64,000 nt of DNA from an uncultured Candidatus Binatia bacterium (lineage in GTDB: Bacteria > Desulfobacterota > Binatia > Bin18). Shown here piece by piece: positions 43,562 through 53,823 of this stretch. Position 1 is the stretch's first letter; each line of letters opens with the position of its first letter. Under the pieces are notes generated by a model. It was not told where the DNA came from. It did no database searches and saw only the letters and a list, made by a program, of their open reading frames with translations. Where the stretch lies: positions 128,001-192,000 of the forward strand of contig OZ243961.1 in assembly GCA_965214605.1 (NCBI GenBank), read 5' to 3'. The translations under genes and the position numbers were made by a program.

Positions 43562-45112
43562 CTAGAGCGGAACGTTCCCGTGTTTCTTGGGCGGATTTTT
43601 GTCCCGCTTGTCATGCAGCATGTCGAGCGAGCGGATCAGATGGGGACGGGTATCGGCGGGCATGATGATTTCGTCAATATAGCCCATCTCTGCCGCCTTG
43701 AACGGGTTGGCAAAGGTCCGGCGGTATTCGTCAACGAGCTTTTCGCGCTCGCCATCGGGGTCGTCCGCTTTGCGGATCGCGTTGCGATGAATAATGTTGA
43801 CTGCTCCGTCTGGGCCCATCACGGCGATCTCCGCGGCGGGATAGGCAAAGTTAATATCGCCACCGATTTCTTTGCTCGACATCACGACATAGGCCCCGCC
43901 GTAGGCTTTGCGGGTAATGACCGAGACGAGTGGAACAGTGGCCTCGCAGTAGGCGTACAGCAGTTTGGCCCCGTGGCGAATGATGCCGCCATACTCCTGG
44001 GAGGTGCCCGGCAGGAAACCCGGCACATCGATCAGGGTCACAATCGGAATATTGAAGCAATCACAGAAACGGACAAAACGACCGCCTTTGACCGAGGCGT
44101 CGATGTCGAGCACGCCGGCCAAAAAGGCCGGTTGGTTGGCGACAATGCCAACTGTGCGCCCTCCGAGACGGGCAAAACCGATGACGATATTGCGGGCGTA
44201 GTCTTTTTGCACCTCCAGGAAATAGTTTTCGTCTACCACAGTCGTAATGATGTTTTTGATGTCGTAGGGTTTGTTCGGATTATCTGGAACGAGGCTGTTC
44301 AGCTTTTCATCGCGCCGGTTGGGGTCGTCGTTGGTCGGTCGGATTGGGCTGTCTTCCATATTGTTGCTGGGTAGAAAGCTCAGCAGCTCGCGTATAGTAT
44401 GCAGGCTCTCGCGCTCGTTCGACGAGGCAAAGTGGGCCACCCCGCTCTTGGCATTATGGGTGGAAGCCCCGCCGAGTTCCTGCATGCTGACTTCTTCGTG
44501 GGTCACTGTCCGAATCACCTCCGGGCCGGTAATAAACATATAGCTAGTGTCTTCGACCATAAAGATGAAATCGGTCATGGCCGGAGAGTAGACCGCGCCC
44601 CCGGCGCATGGGCCCATGATGGCTGAAATCTGGGGGATGACGCCCGACGATGAGACGTTGCGGTGAAAGATATTGGCGTAACCGGCCAGACTGGCTACGC
44701 CTTCTTGAATACGCGCCCCGCCCGAGTCGTTAATGCCGATGATTGGGCAGCCGGTCTTGACCGCGAGGTCCATGACCTTGCAGACTTTCTCGGAAAACGC
44801 ACCTGACAGACTGCCCCCAAACACCGTAAAATCCTGGGAGAAGACAAAGACCTGCCGGCCATCAACGTTGCCGTAGCCGGTCACGACCCCGTCGCCCGGT
44901 ATCTTCTGCTTGTCCATGTCAAAGTCGGTGCAGCGGTGAGTTTTAAACCGATCAAGCTCAACAAAGCTGCCTGGGTCGAGGAGCAGATCGATCCGTTCCC
45001 GAGCCGTGAGCTTGCCGAGATCATGTTGGCGCTGAATCCGTGACGGACCGCCTCCCTGAAGAGCTTGTTCGTTACGACGGGTCAATTCGTGTAAGTTTTC
45101 CTGCAAGTCCAT
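43562..45112 (-). CDS. pccB: Acyl-CoA (propionyl-/methylmalonyl-CoA) carboxyltransferase beta subunit
   Basis: [48 protein letters not shown]. Confidence 0.93.
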   Translation of the reverse strand: MDLQENLHELTRRNEQALQGGGPSRIQRQHDLGKLTARERIDLLLDPGSFVELDRFKTHRCTDFDMDKQKIPGDGVVTGYGNVDGRQVFVFSQDFTVFGGSLSGAFSEKVCKVMDLAVKTGCPIIGINDSGGARIQEGVASLAGYANIFHRNVSSSGVIPQISAIMGPCAGGAVYSPAMTDFIFMVEDTSYMFITGPEVIRTVTHEEVSMQELGGASTHNAKSGVAHFASSNERESLHTIRELLSFLPSNNMEDSPIRPTNDDPNRRDEKLNSLVPDNPNKPYDIKNIITTVVDENYFLEVQKDYARNIVIGFARLGGRTVGIVANQPAFLAGVLDIDASVKGGRFVRFCDCFNIPIVTLIDVPGFLPGTSQEYGGIIRHGAKLLYAYCEATVPLVSVITRKAYGGAYVVMSSKEIGGDINFAYPAAEIAVMGPDGAVNIIHRNAIRKADDPDGEREKLVDEYRRTFANPFKAAEMGYIDEIIMPADTRPHLIRSLDMLHDKRDKNPPKKHGNVPL

Positions 45113-45244
45113 ACCATCATCCTGCTTTTCTCCCTGCTAAGCTGAGACCCAGATCTTGTAATATGAGGGACGCAAAAGATCAAGGAAGGGTAGGAAAAAG
45201 ACTGAATACTAATGAAGAAGGGGTCTAGCGTTCTCCGTGCAGAT

Positions 45245-45730
45245 TCAGCGTCTCAGCGGGGTGGGGACCCGAACAAACTCTACCCGAGCGCCACGGCTGA
45301 TATCGTGCTGCTCACAAAATCCGGCCTTGACCTCAAGGACAAACTGGGCGGCCTCTCCGGAGGGAATCAGTGTTTCGGAAAACGGGGTGGTGTGTGGGGC
45401 GATGTGAACGATACGACGGGCGGCGTTGATAAAAATAATATCGAGCGACAGGGGGGTGTTTTTCATCCAAAAGGACAGGGCGGCTTCGCTCGGAAATATA
45501 AACAGCATGCCATGTTGGTCGGGCATAGCTGTCCGGTACATCAAGCCGTAGCTGCGTTTTTCCGGGGTATCGGCGATTTCTACACTCACCCGGATCGGGG
45601 CTCTGGTCTGTGAATAGAGGACGACCTCGGGCGACGAGGTGCAGGCGGCGGCCAGGACAAAGATAATGATGCATGGTGAATGACGAACGATGAACGGCGG
45701 AAAAACTTTCGTTTTCCGTTCATCATTCAT
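45245..45730 (-). CDS. DUF192-family (lipo)protein; start uncertain
   Basis: VEIADT..KRSYGLMYR...GMLFIF...FWMKNTPLSLDIIF...VLEV. Confidence 0.9.
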   Translation of the reverse strand: MNDERKTKVFPPFIVRHSPCIIIFVLAAACTSSPEVVLYSQTRAPIRVSVEIADTPEKRSYGLMYRTAMPDQHGMLFIFPSEAALSFWMKNTPLSLDIIFINAARRIVHIAPHTTPFSETLIPSGEAAQFVLEVKAGFCEQHDISRGARVEFVRVPTPLRR

Positions 45731-45735
45731 CGTTT
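45678..45735. repeat. Palindromic element built from ~7-bp GATGAAC/GAATGAC-type units
   Basis: GAATGACGAACGATGAACGG ... CCGTTCATCATTCATCGTTT; a half-unit (CATCGTTCATC) recurs near 46969. Confidence 0.55.
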
Positions 45736-45749
45736 TGCATGCATCATGT

Positions 45750-46946
45750 TTAGACGGCCTTCTCTTCTTTGAGTCCGGCCAAATCGGCCTGCGTCAGACC
45801 CAACAGCTTGCCTAAGATGTCGGCGTTGTGTTCGCCCAACAGCGGAGCCGGTTTCACTTCGGTTGGCGAGTCTGACAGTTGTACGGCGCAGCCGGGCATG
45901 GTGAAGCTCCCCCGGGTGGGATGTTCGATGGTGGTGATCATGCCGCGCTCTTTCAGCTGCGCGTTCTCCAGAATATCGCCACTATCGAGCACCGCACCGC
46001 ACGGGACGCCCGCCTCGCCCAAGGCTTTCATGACCTCATGCTTGGTGCGCTGAGTGGTCCAGGCCGAGATAATCTCGGTGAGTTCGGCGCCGTGTTTGTT
46101 GCGACTCGACTGATCGGCGAATCTGGGATCGTTCAACAAATCCTCGCGCCCAATAGTTTTGGCTAGAATCTCCCACATCGCTGGAGTGGTGGTAATGATA
46201 AAGGCGTAGTCGTTCGTGCCACCTGGTGCACACGGATACAGATCGGTTGGGGCCAGAGTCGAGACTCGATTGCCGGTGCGGGGAGCCGGGACGCTGCCGT
46301 AATAATGGCCCATCATGCCGATACGGCTGAGATTGACGACCGCGTCTTGCATGGCGACCTCAAGTCGCTGGCCTTTGCCCGTTTTCTCACGTTGTAGCAG
46401 CGCAGCTAGAATGCCGACGGCACAGTGAACACCGGTGCCCGTATCACCGATCGTGGGGCCGGGTCGCAGCGGTGGAGTTTCTGAGGTGCCGGTGATGCTC
46501 ATGGCTCCACCGGTTGCCTGCGCGATCATGTCAAAACTTTTGAAACTCGAATAGGGGCCGTAGGTGCCAAAGCCTTTCACTTGAGCATAGATTATACGGG
46601 GGTTGATCTGAGACACCACATCATAGCCAAGGCCCAGCCCTTGGAGAGCTCCCGGACCGTAGTTTTCGACTAGCACGTCGAAATGGGGAAGGAGTTTTTT
46701 GCACAGCTCCTTGCCTTTTTCGCTTTTCAGGTTGAGCGTTATGCTTTTTTTATTCGCGTTTAACAGCAAAAAGTAGGGCGAATCCAGGCCCGGTTTATCG
46801 GTGATCAGGTAGCGCCCCTGGTCCCCACCTTTGGGCGGTTCAAGCTTGACGACATCCGCCCCAAGAAAGGCCAAAATCTCGGTACACGACGGACCAGCCT
46901 CGAACTGTGTCAGGTCAAGAACTCTAATGTGATCTAAGGCCTGCAT
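45750..46946 (-). CDS. Class III CoA transferase (formyl-CoA transferase/CaiB family)
   Basis: RVLDLTQFEAGP, NANKKSITLNLK, VLVENY, FDMIAQATGG, APLLGEH. Confidence 0.94.
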   Translation of the reverse strand: MQALDHIRVLDLTQFEAGPSCTEILAFLGADVVKLEPPKGGDQGRYLITDKPGLDSPYFLLLNANKKSITLNLKSEKGKELCKKLLPHFDVLVENYGPGALQGLGLGYDVVSQINPRIIYAQVKGFGTYGPYSSFKSFDMIAQATGGAMSITGTSETPPLRPGPTIGDTGTGVHCAVGILAALLQREKTGKGQRLEVAMQDAVVNLSRIGMMGHYYGSVPAPRTGNRVSTLAPTDLYPCAPGGTNDYAFIITTTPAMWEILAKTIGREDLLNDPRFADQSSRNKHGAELTEIISAWTTQRTKHEVMKALGEAGVPCGAVLDSGDILENAQLKERGMITTIEHPTRGSFTMPGCAVQLSDSPTEVKPAPLLGEHNADILGKLLGLTQADLAGLKEEKAV

Positions 46947-47050
46947 GGCTTTCCTCCTTATAGTCACTCATCGTTCATCTCTCCTGACATAGTGGCACAG
47001 CAGGCGGACGTGATGCAAGCAAAGCTTCAACTGTGCTATGCACCCACCCT

Positions 47051-47518
47051 ATGCCAAAAGGGAAGCGCAAATCGGTCCGTTCGCAGTCTGCTCCTCGCCG
47101 TAGACCTCCCCCACGTCATCAGCTCACTCTAGAGGAGGCGCTTACCCGTTTGGGAGTGCCGGGTGTCACCAGTAAAGCGATGTTTGGCGGCCGCTGTTAC
47201 TATGTGGATGCAAAGCCGTTTTCTTTCGTGCTAGGCGATGCCCTAGCCCTGCGCGTATCGCTCCAGCAGTTAGCGGCTGCGCGTAAGCGGGGCGATGGAC
47301 AGATCTTTCATCCAGGCGGCGGTGACTTCATCATGCGTGAGTACCTGGAACTCAGCCCTCACGCCCTGTCTGACGAAGAAAAAATCGACGGCTACGTCCA
47401 GGCCAGCATTCACTTTATGGGCGGGCGGGAAGCGCCACAAGAGGGCCTGACCTGGGAGGATCTGCGCCACGGCCGAGAGAGGCTGTATAAGCAGAAAAAC
47501 GTGAAACCTGAAACATAA
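47051..47518 (+). CDS. TfoX/Sxy N-terminal domain protein
   Basis: KAMFGG..YYVD.KPF...LALR; MREY. Confidence 0.75.
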   Translation: MPKGKRKSVRSQSAPRRRPPPRHQLTLEEALTRLGVPGVTSKAMFGGRCYYVDAKPFSFVLGDALALRVSLQQLAAARKRGDGQIFHPGGGDFIMREYLELSPHALSDEEKIDGYVQASIHFMGGREAPQEGLTWEDLRHGRERLYKQKNVKPET

Positions 47519-47545
47519 CTCCCCCCCTGCAAGTGCGGGTGACGC

Positions 47546-48230
47546 CTACGGAATCCTCAACATTTCCCGCGCCTCTGCCGGCGTCGCCACCTCACGCCCC
47601 ATATCTCGCGCTAGCTGGACGAGGCGAGCAACGAGGTGGGCGTTGGTGGGCAACTCCATTTCACGGTAGTTATAGTCGCCTAGGCCGATGGAGACGTGTC
47701 CGCCACGTTCCATGGCCGCGGCTGCACTGGGGAAGAGGTTGCCGCCGTAGGACATAACCGACCACTGCCACGTGTCCGTCTCGGGGATGAAGTCGAGAAA
47801 CGCATTCATCCCCTTGATTGTCCCTGGATGACCGGCCAGAATCCCGCCCTCGGTCAACGCGATTTCGTGTAGAGCGGCTCTTCAAAGAGGCCCATTTCGA
47901 CAAAAGCCTGGGTGTGGCGGACCGAGCTAATATTCCACAGGGCTTGGACGGGTTTGACTCCTGCGTCACGAATCGTGGTGGCGAAATACTGCCGGGTTTT
48001 GGTGGTGTTCAGATAGACGGTGTCGTCGGTTTTGAAGCGTTTGGCCGCGGCGTCGTAGATATCGACGTTGCTGGCGGCCATATCGATCGGCGCACAGTCG
48101 GGTTTGGTAGCGGGGTCTTTGGCCATCTCGACAATGTGCAAGATCCGCTCTTCGGACGACGGCATCCACAATCTGGCCAGTCGCGCCGTAGCACATGATG
48201 CAATCAAGCTGCGACCGCTCAGTATCGACC
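47546..48230 (-). pseudogene. Beta-keto acid cleavage enzyme (BKACE/Kce family), frameshifted and 5'-truncated
   Basis: GGHVSIGLGD...PTNAHLVARLVQLARDMGREVATPAEAREML C-terminus; frameshift near 47855; N-terminal HxH region absent. Confidence 0.85.
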
Positions 48231-48443
48231 TCGCCTCCGTTAGAGGTGAACCGCCATCAGTTCTTTGTGCGCCTTGCTCCCTGAGAGACGTCTGGGAGCC
48301 ACCAGGGCGTCTTGCTCCTCCGCTTGGTTGATTTCCATGTCCAAAGAGAATTTGGATGTTGCAATTGATCAATTTTAGCCCTACATATCCTCAGTAAGAA
48401 AATCAAAAAATCATTGTAATATAAATATTTATCGGGTATACAA

Positions 48444-48512
48444 ACCAGTTCTGAAGGGGAATTAGAGGCGGCTTTCCGAAGACCATGACCAGTTCTGAAG
48501 GGGAATTAGAGG
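48444..48512 (+). repeat. Two identical 25-bp direct repeats (CRISPR-like relic)
   Basis: ACCAGTTCTGAAGGGGAATTAGAGG at 48444-48468 and 48488-48512, with 19 bp between them, after an AT-rich tract. Confidence 0.85.
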
Positions 48513-48521
48513 TCGTCAGCC

Positions 48522-49346
48522 ATGGAGAGCGGGGTCAGTCGAACAGTTCTGGGCACAGTTGGCGGCGCGGTAGCGGCCGCCTTGCTGTCCCTCTTCGGTA
48601 CGCCGCTCGAATGGCTGAAGAACAGCTTGGTCTTTCATCCCGACTCCAGGCTGACGACCTCGCCGGCCGAGTACGGCTTTCAATATGAGGACGTCTGGTT
48701 TGGCGGACCTAACGGCCGTGTCTTACATGGCTGGTATCTCCCCGGCGGATCGGCTCTGTTTGTGTGGTTTCACGGCAATGCTGGAAATATCGGGGACCGG
48801 CTCGATCACGCCCGTCGTTTATCCGACCACCTGGGCGTTGGGCACTTTCTGTTCGATTATCGGGGCTATGGAAACAGCCGAGGCAGGCCGACGATTCCCG
48901 GTTTTCTGGCCGACAGTCGGGCGGCCGTTAGACTGGTCAAGGAAAAAGGCTGGACAGACGGAAAGCAACTCGTGTACATCGGTGAATCGCTCGGCTGTGC
49001 TGCGGTCATTGAGCTTGGCATTGAACAGCCGCCGGACCGGGCGATTCTCCTGGCCCCGTTCTATTCGTTACGGGCAATGGGCGATCTAATACTACCGCCC
49101 CTGGCTTTTGTGGTTGAGAACGATCTGAACACCGCCCGGACGATCACAGACTTCAACCGCCCTCTGCTGGTCATTCACGGCACCGACGATTGGACCATTC
49201 CGTATCATCAAGGTCGGGATTTGTTCGCCTTGGCCAACCCGCCCAAACGGTTCCACCGCGTAGTGGACGGGGGCCATGTCAATTTACACCTGGTCGGTGG
49301 CGAAGCGTACTTTCAAGCGATTGGGGCGTTTCTGGCCGAGTCCTGA
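48522..49346 (+). CDS. Alpha/beta hydrolase (ABHD13/BEM46-like)
   Basis: FHGNAGN, DYRGYGNS, GESLG, IHGTDD, GGHVN. Confidence 0.92.
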   Translation: MESGVSRTVLGTVGGAVAAALLSLFGTPLEWLKNSLVFHPDSRLTTSPAEYGFQYEDVWFGGPNGRVLHGWYLPGGSALFVWFHGNAGNIGDRLDHARRLSDHLGVGHFLFDYRGYGNSRGRPTIPGFLADSRAAVRLVKEKGWTDGKQLVYIGESLGCAAVIELGIEQPPDRAILLAPFYSLRAMGDLILPPLAFVVENDLNTARTITDFNRPLLVIHGTDDWTIPYHQGRDLFALANPPKRFHRVVDGGHVNLHLVGGEAYFQAIGAFLAES

Positions 49347-49349
49347 AGC

Positions 49350-51002
49350 TCAGTCCGCCTCAACTCGGGCGTCGGGTCGCGGGCTCAGAGTCTCTCCTTC
49401 ACTTGTGGCTACAGCCGCAGTGACTGCCAGGTCTCCTGTGACATTGACCGCCGTCCGACACATGTCCAGCAGCCGGTCGATGCCCAGAATAAGAGCGAGG
49501 CCGGCCATCGGTACCCCGATGGTGGTCAGCACCAGGGCCAGGGTAATCATCCCAGCTCCGGGTACGCCAGCCGCTCCGATGGACGCCATAGTCGCGGTCA
49601 GGACAATGCTGAGCTGAGCTTGTAGAGAGAGGTCGAGTTGAAACACCTGGGCGATAAACACTGCGGCCACGCCCTGATACATAGCCGTGCCGTCCATGTT
49701 GACGGTTGAACCCAGGGGCAGCACAAAGCTCGCGACCGGATTGCTCACCCCCAGCCGCTCTTCGGCGCAGTGAAGTGAAATGGGCAGGGTGGCCGCGGAC
49801 GATGAGGTTGAGAAGGCGATCATCTGGGCTTGGCGGATGGACCGCATAAAAGTGAGCCACGGCAGCCTGACCAGAAAATGGACGAGCCCACCATAGATGA
49901 TCCCGGCGTGGATAGCCAGGCCAAGCACGACGGTTAGGCCATAGGCCAGCAGGGCCTGGAGGATGCTCAAGCCGCTCAGGCCGACCACCTCCGCCACCAG
50001 GGCGGCGACCCCGAATGGGGCCAGCCGCATCACCTGTTCGATGACAATGATCATAGCGTCCTGGACTCGCTCAAAAAAGCTAACGACCGGTTGTGATTTG
50101 TGTTCCTGTGTCTCTTCAGCCCGTCCGAGCAGGGTCAGAGCAATGCCAAATACAATGGCAAAGAAGATAATCTGCAACATATCGCCCTCGGTCATTGAGG
50201 TGACCGGATTGGTCGGAATAATGGACAGCACAGTGTCAACGGTTGAGGGCGCTTCGGCTGCGGCCGAAACCCGGCTGCCGGCGGCTGAATCAAACTGAGC
50301 CAGGAGAGACACACGGTCGGCCTCGTTCAGAAAGTTGCCAGGCTGGATGGTATTGGCGCAAATCAGGCCAATGGTCACGGCTATGGCGGTCGTGGCCAGA
50401 TACAGACCCAGGGTCTTGCTGCCCAGGCGGCCGAGTTTGCGGACATCGCCCAGGCTGGCGACGCCGACGAGGAGGGAGGCGAACACCAGCGGCACGATAA
50501 CCATGCGGATGAGCCGCAGAAAGAGGGCGCCGACCGGACGCAGCCAGGCGAGGACTGTGTCACCAAAGGCGCTGATCGGCTGGGGAGACAGGACAAAGCC
50601 GCCGCCGGCCAGCGGCTGAGCCTCGATCCGTAACCAGCCTTTGACCGGCTGGCCTATTGGCGGTTTGCCGAGGGCGGTGTGGATTGCGCCCGAGGTGTCG
50701 TGCAAGGCGAGCGAGCGGGTATACACAAAATGACCTCTGACCCAGACCGGGATGTCGCTCGCCCGTCCGTTCTCATCTAGGCGGGCCTCGGTCACCGTTT
50801 CCTCAGCCATGAAGCGCAGCTCAGCCCCACTGGGCAGACCAACTGCCGAGTCTGCGTCGTCGCGGTCACGCTGAAAATGGGCCTGGGAAGCGTCGGCGAC
50901 TTTATAGAGATTGGGGCTGAGGAGGGGAGAGTTTGGTCCTAGTGTGAGGCCGATGACTACTCCCACCACCATACCGATAAGAATTTTAGTGTACAGCTGC
51001 AT
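49350..51002 (-). CDS. Dicarboxylate/amino acid:cation symporter (GltP/GltPh family) with an inserted domain
   Basis: FSTSSSAATLP, GSTVNMDGT, GAAGVPGAG, DRLLDMCRTAVNVTGD. Confidence 0.94.
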   Translation of the reverse strand: MQLYTKILIGMVVGVVIGLTLGPNSPLLSPNLYKVADASQAHFQRDRDDADSAVGLPSGAELRFMAEETVTEARLDENGRASDIPVWVRGHFVYTRSLALHDTSGAIHTALGKPPIGQPVKGWLRIEAQPLAGGGFVLSPQPISAFGDTVLAWLRPVGALFLRLIRMVIVPLVFASLLVGVASLGDVRKLGRLGSKTLGLYLATTAIAVTIGLICANTIQPGNFLNEADRVSLLAQFDSAAGSRVSAAAEAPSTVDTVLSIIPTNPVTSMTEGDMLQIIFFAIVFGIALTLLGRAEETQEHKSQPVVSFFERVQDAMIIVIEQVMRLAPFGVAALVAEVVGLSGLSILQALLAYGLTVVLGLAIHAGIIYGGLVHFLVRLPWLTFMRSIRQAQMIAFSTSSSAATLPISLHCAEERLGVSNPVASFVLPLGSTVNMDGTAMYQGVAAVFIAQVFQLDLSLQAQLSIVLTATMASIGAAGVPGAGMITLALVLTTIGVPMAGLALILGIDRLLDMCRTAVNVTGDLAVTAAVATSEGETLSPRPDARVEAD

Positions 51003-51422
51003 AGTGCTGCAGCATACTTGGCGGCTCGGCGTGCGCAAGGTCCCGGGTGTTTTTCAGAGCGTCACGTTCTTTTTGAGGAAGCAAGCGTCGTAAAAAGCCA
51101 AAGATCTGGGGTCGTGACAGAACTGATTGCGGCAGTTCCACAGACAGCCGCAGCAACTCACCTCTCCTGGACCGCCATCTCCTCCGCCGCACCTGTACCG
51201 TTATCTCCTCGGTCACTCGGAGCACCTCTTGCAAGTGCCCACCCACACCTGCGGACATGGTCTGCCCCATCTGGTAGATCACCAAACAGGACCAAAGCGG
51301 GCTCTCTATTGCAGCGTGGTATCATCAGCCCTCAAAGCCTTGTCTTCTCACACTGAGGCCAGCGCTGGCCCCCTCTAGGAGGATACACAAGAGGCAGAGC
51401 CACAAGTGCTGAGTCCCCGCTC

Positions 51423-52154
51423 TTAGGCCAACGCTCTTCCCCCATCAACGTGGAAGCTTGCTCCGGTACTATAGTCCGACTCGGCGACAAAGACGACGAC
51501 TTGGGCTACGTCTTCCGGGCTGCCCGCTCGTTTGACCAAGGTTTTCTCAATTTCTCGCTGCCGAACGCTGTTGGGCGTCTCCTCCTGAAATAAGACTGGA
51601 CCGGGAATAATCGCGTTGACCATCACCTGGGGGGCGAGTTCCATGGCTAAGCCTTGAGTAAAGGTCAGCACACAAGCTTTTGATACCGAATAGGGAATGT
51701 AATCGGCCCAGGGTCGCAGACCCGCCACGTCCGCGATATTGATAATATGTCCCCAGCCCCATTCCCGCATGCGCAGGCCAATTTTATGGGCGCACAGAAA
51801 GGTCCCAGTCAGATTCACGTCCATAATCCGCTCCCAGTCTTCTATACTGAGCGTCTCAACCGGGGTGCGATAGAACAGCGCGGCATTGTTGACTAAGATA
51901 TCAATGCGGCCGAAGCGCGAGATCGCCGCTTCAATCATGTCTTCAACTTGGTTTTCCTTGGAGACATCAGCCTGAAGCGCGAGTGCCTGATGGCCGGCGG
52001 CCCGGAGCTGGCGAACGGTGTCCTCGGCCTGGGTTTGCGAGCGATGGTAGTGGACAATGACGTGACAGCCCCGGGCGGCTAGCGCCTCAACGATCGCCTT
52101 ACCGACCCGTTTTGCGCCGCCGGTGACAAGAGCGATTTTACCGGAAATGTCCAT
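51423..52154 (-). CDS. SDR oxidoreductase, pteridine reductase/FolM-like
   Basis: VTGGAKRVG, VHYHRS, NNAA, YSVSK. Confidence 0.88.
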   Translation of the reverse strand: MDISGKIALVTGGAKRVGKAIVEALAARGCHVIVHYHRSQTQAEDTVRQLRAAGHQALALQADVSKENQVEDMIEAAISRFGRIDILVNNAALFYRTPVETLSIEDWERIMDVNLTGTFLCAHKIGLRMREWGWGHIINIADVAGLRPWADYIPYSVSKACVLTFTQGLAMELAPQVMVNAIIPGPVLFQEETPNSVRQREIEKTLVKRAGSPEDVAQVVVFVAESDYSTGASFHVDGGRALA

Positions 52155-52892
52155 TTACGCCTTGAAGGGATCGTGTTGGGGGTGCAGGACGAGTTCGACC
52201 GGACAGCAGCCCGGGGGCAACATCACGACCTGATAGACGGCTTCGGCCACATCGTCGGGGCTGAGCATTTTGCGGCGCGTGAGCCGTTTATTAGCTGGGA
52301 TCATAGCCGTGTCGACATAGCCTGGATAGATCGTTGAGACCTTGATCCCTTTTTCCCGGACTTCTTCGAGCAGAGCTTGGCCAAAGCCTCTGACTCCAAA
52401 CTTAGCCGCCGCGTACGCGGCTTCGCCAGCTCTGCCAACCAGACCGGCCTGCGAGCAGATATTGATGATCGTTCCCTGCTGTCGGGCGATCATGACGGGC
52501 AGCACGAGCTTCGAGACCAGCATCGTTGCCCATAAATTGGTCCGTAGCGTGACGTCCCAGTCGGCTCGCCGCGCTTTGACAACCGGGGTGCGCGGTGGGC
52601 CGCCGCCGGCATTGTTCACGACAATATCAAGGTGCCCGAAACGCGAGAGCGCGGTTTCGACCAGGGCTTTGGTCTGGCCGTCCTCGGTCAGGTCGGTTGG
52701 GAGAGGCAGAGTGTCAACGCCGCACTGCTGGACAAGACTCACCGTCTCGCCCAGCTGGCTTGCGGTACGGGCCGCCAGAACAAGTGCGATACCGGCCCGC
52801 GCGAAGCGGCACGCAATCGCTCGGCCTATCCCCCGTCCCGCACCCGTAATCAGAGCAACCTGCCCGGTCGCTTTGTGCGCTGCAGCGGACAT
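52155..52892 (-). CDS. SDR family oxidoreductase
   Basis: TGAGRGIG, NNAG, YAAAK, PGYVDT; likely start MSAAAHK. Confidence 0.9.
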   Translation of the reverse strand: MSAAAHKATGQVALITGAGRGIGRAIACRFARAGIALVLAARTASQLGETVSLVQQCGVDTLPLPTDLTEDGQTKALVETALSRFGHLDIVVNNAGGGPPRTPVVKARRADWDVTLRTNLWATMLVSKLVLPVMIARQQGTIINICSQAGLVGRAGEAAYAAAKFGVRGFGQALLEEVREKGIKVSTIYPGYVDTAMIPANKRLTRRKMLSPDDVAEAVYQVVMLPPGCCPVELVLHPQHDPFKA

Positions 52893-52990
52893 TTTATTGC
52901 TTTTAGCATGGGAGGACGCTAGTATCCAAGCCGTGCTGCGCATGACGCAGTCTGTGAACATTTCAGGGTATGTACTATTAAGGAGGAAGT

Positions 52991-53770
52991 ATGGCCTACG
53001 AGTATGTGATTTATGAAAAAAAAGATCATATTGCGACAATTACGCTAAACCGCCCGGCAGTCATGAATGCAGTCCATCCGCCAGCCACGGCCGAGCTCTC
53101 GGGTATTTGGGATGATGCCATTGCCGATGATGAGGTGTGGGTGATCCTGCTGACAGGAGCCGGAGAACGTGCGTTCTCAGCCGGCAATGATCTGAAATAC
53201 ACCGCTTCTAGGGGAATGCCGACCGGACCGCCTCCAAAAGGTGGGTTTGGTGGTCTGACCGACCGCACCGATATTGATAAGCCAATGATTGCCGCGGTCA
53301 ACGGATTTGCGCTCGGCGGTGGATTTGAGATGGCGCTGGCCTGTGACATTATCATTGCCGCCGATCATGCCAGACTTGGCCTGCCCGAGCCACGAGTCGG
53401 GTTAGCCGCCGCCGCCGGTGGGGTGCATCGTCTGCCGCGTCAGATCCCGCTTAAAATAGCTATGGGCTATCTGCTGACCGGCAAACACATGACCGCCCAA
53501 CAGGCCCTCGATTTGGGTATTGTGAATGAGGTCGTCCCGCTCAAAGATCTGATGGCCACGGCCCGCCGCTGGGCCAATGAAATTCTCGAATGTGCCCCTC
53601 TGTCGGTCCGAGCGACTAAACAGTGTGCGATGCAAGGCCTCGGGCTGCCGCTCGATCAAGCGCTGGCCGACTCCTATCCGGCCCTCAAACAGATGTTCCA
53701 CTCCGAAGATGTCAAAGAGGGCCCCCGGGCATTTGCCGAGAAGCGCAAACCGAATTGGCAGGGAAGATAG
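52991..53770 (+). CDS. Enoyl-CoA hydratase/crotonase (CaiD-like)
   Basis: TLNRP, FSAGNDL, AAVNGFALGGGFE, LPEPRVG, EKRKPNWQGR; AGGAGG RBS. Confidence 0.95.
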   Translation: MAYEYVIYEKKDHIATITLNRPAVMNAVHPPATAELSGIWDDAIADDEVWVILLTGAGERAFSAGNDLKYTASRGMPTGPPPKGGFGGLTDRTDIDKPMIAAVNGFALGGGFEMALACDIIIAADHARLGLPEPRVGLAAAAGGVHRLPRQIPLKIAMGYLLTGKHMTAQQALDLGIVNEVVPLKDLMATARRWANEILECAPLSVRATKQCAMQGLGLPLDQALADSYPALKQMFHSEDVKEGPRAFAEKRKPNWQGR

Positions 53771-53823
53771 GGAGAGCGCGGTCGGCTATCAGCCAGGAAC
53801 GCACCTTCCATGGGACGCTGACA

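Noticed and set aside
48444-48512. Calling a functional CRISPR array
   Set aside because: Only two repeats, a 19-bp spacer and no cas genes; kept as a repeat and a hypothesis.
51003-51422. Protein-like frames when spacers are read as complement or reverse only (mirror DNA idea; also 27.0-27.3 and 34.2 kb)
   Set aside because: Open frames of this length are expected by chance, normal frames look equally protein-like, and no mirrored source sequence was found in the window.
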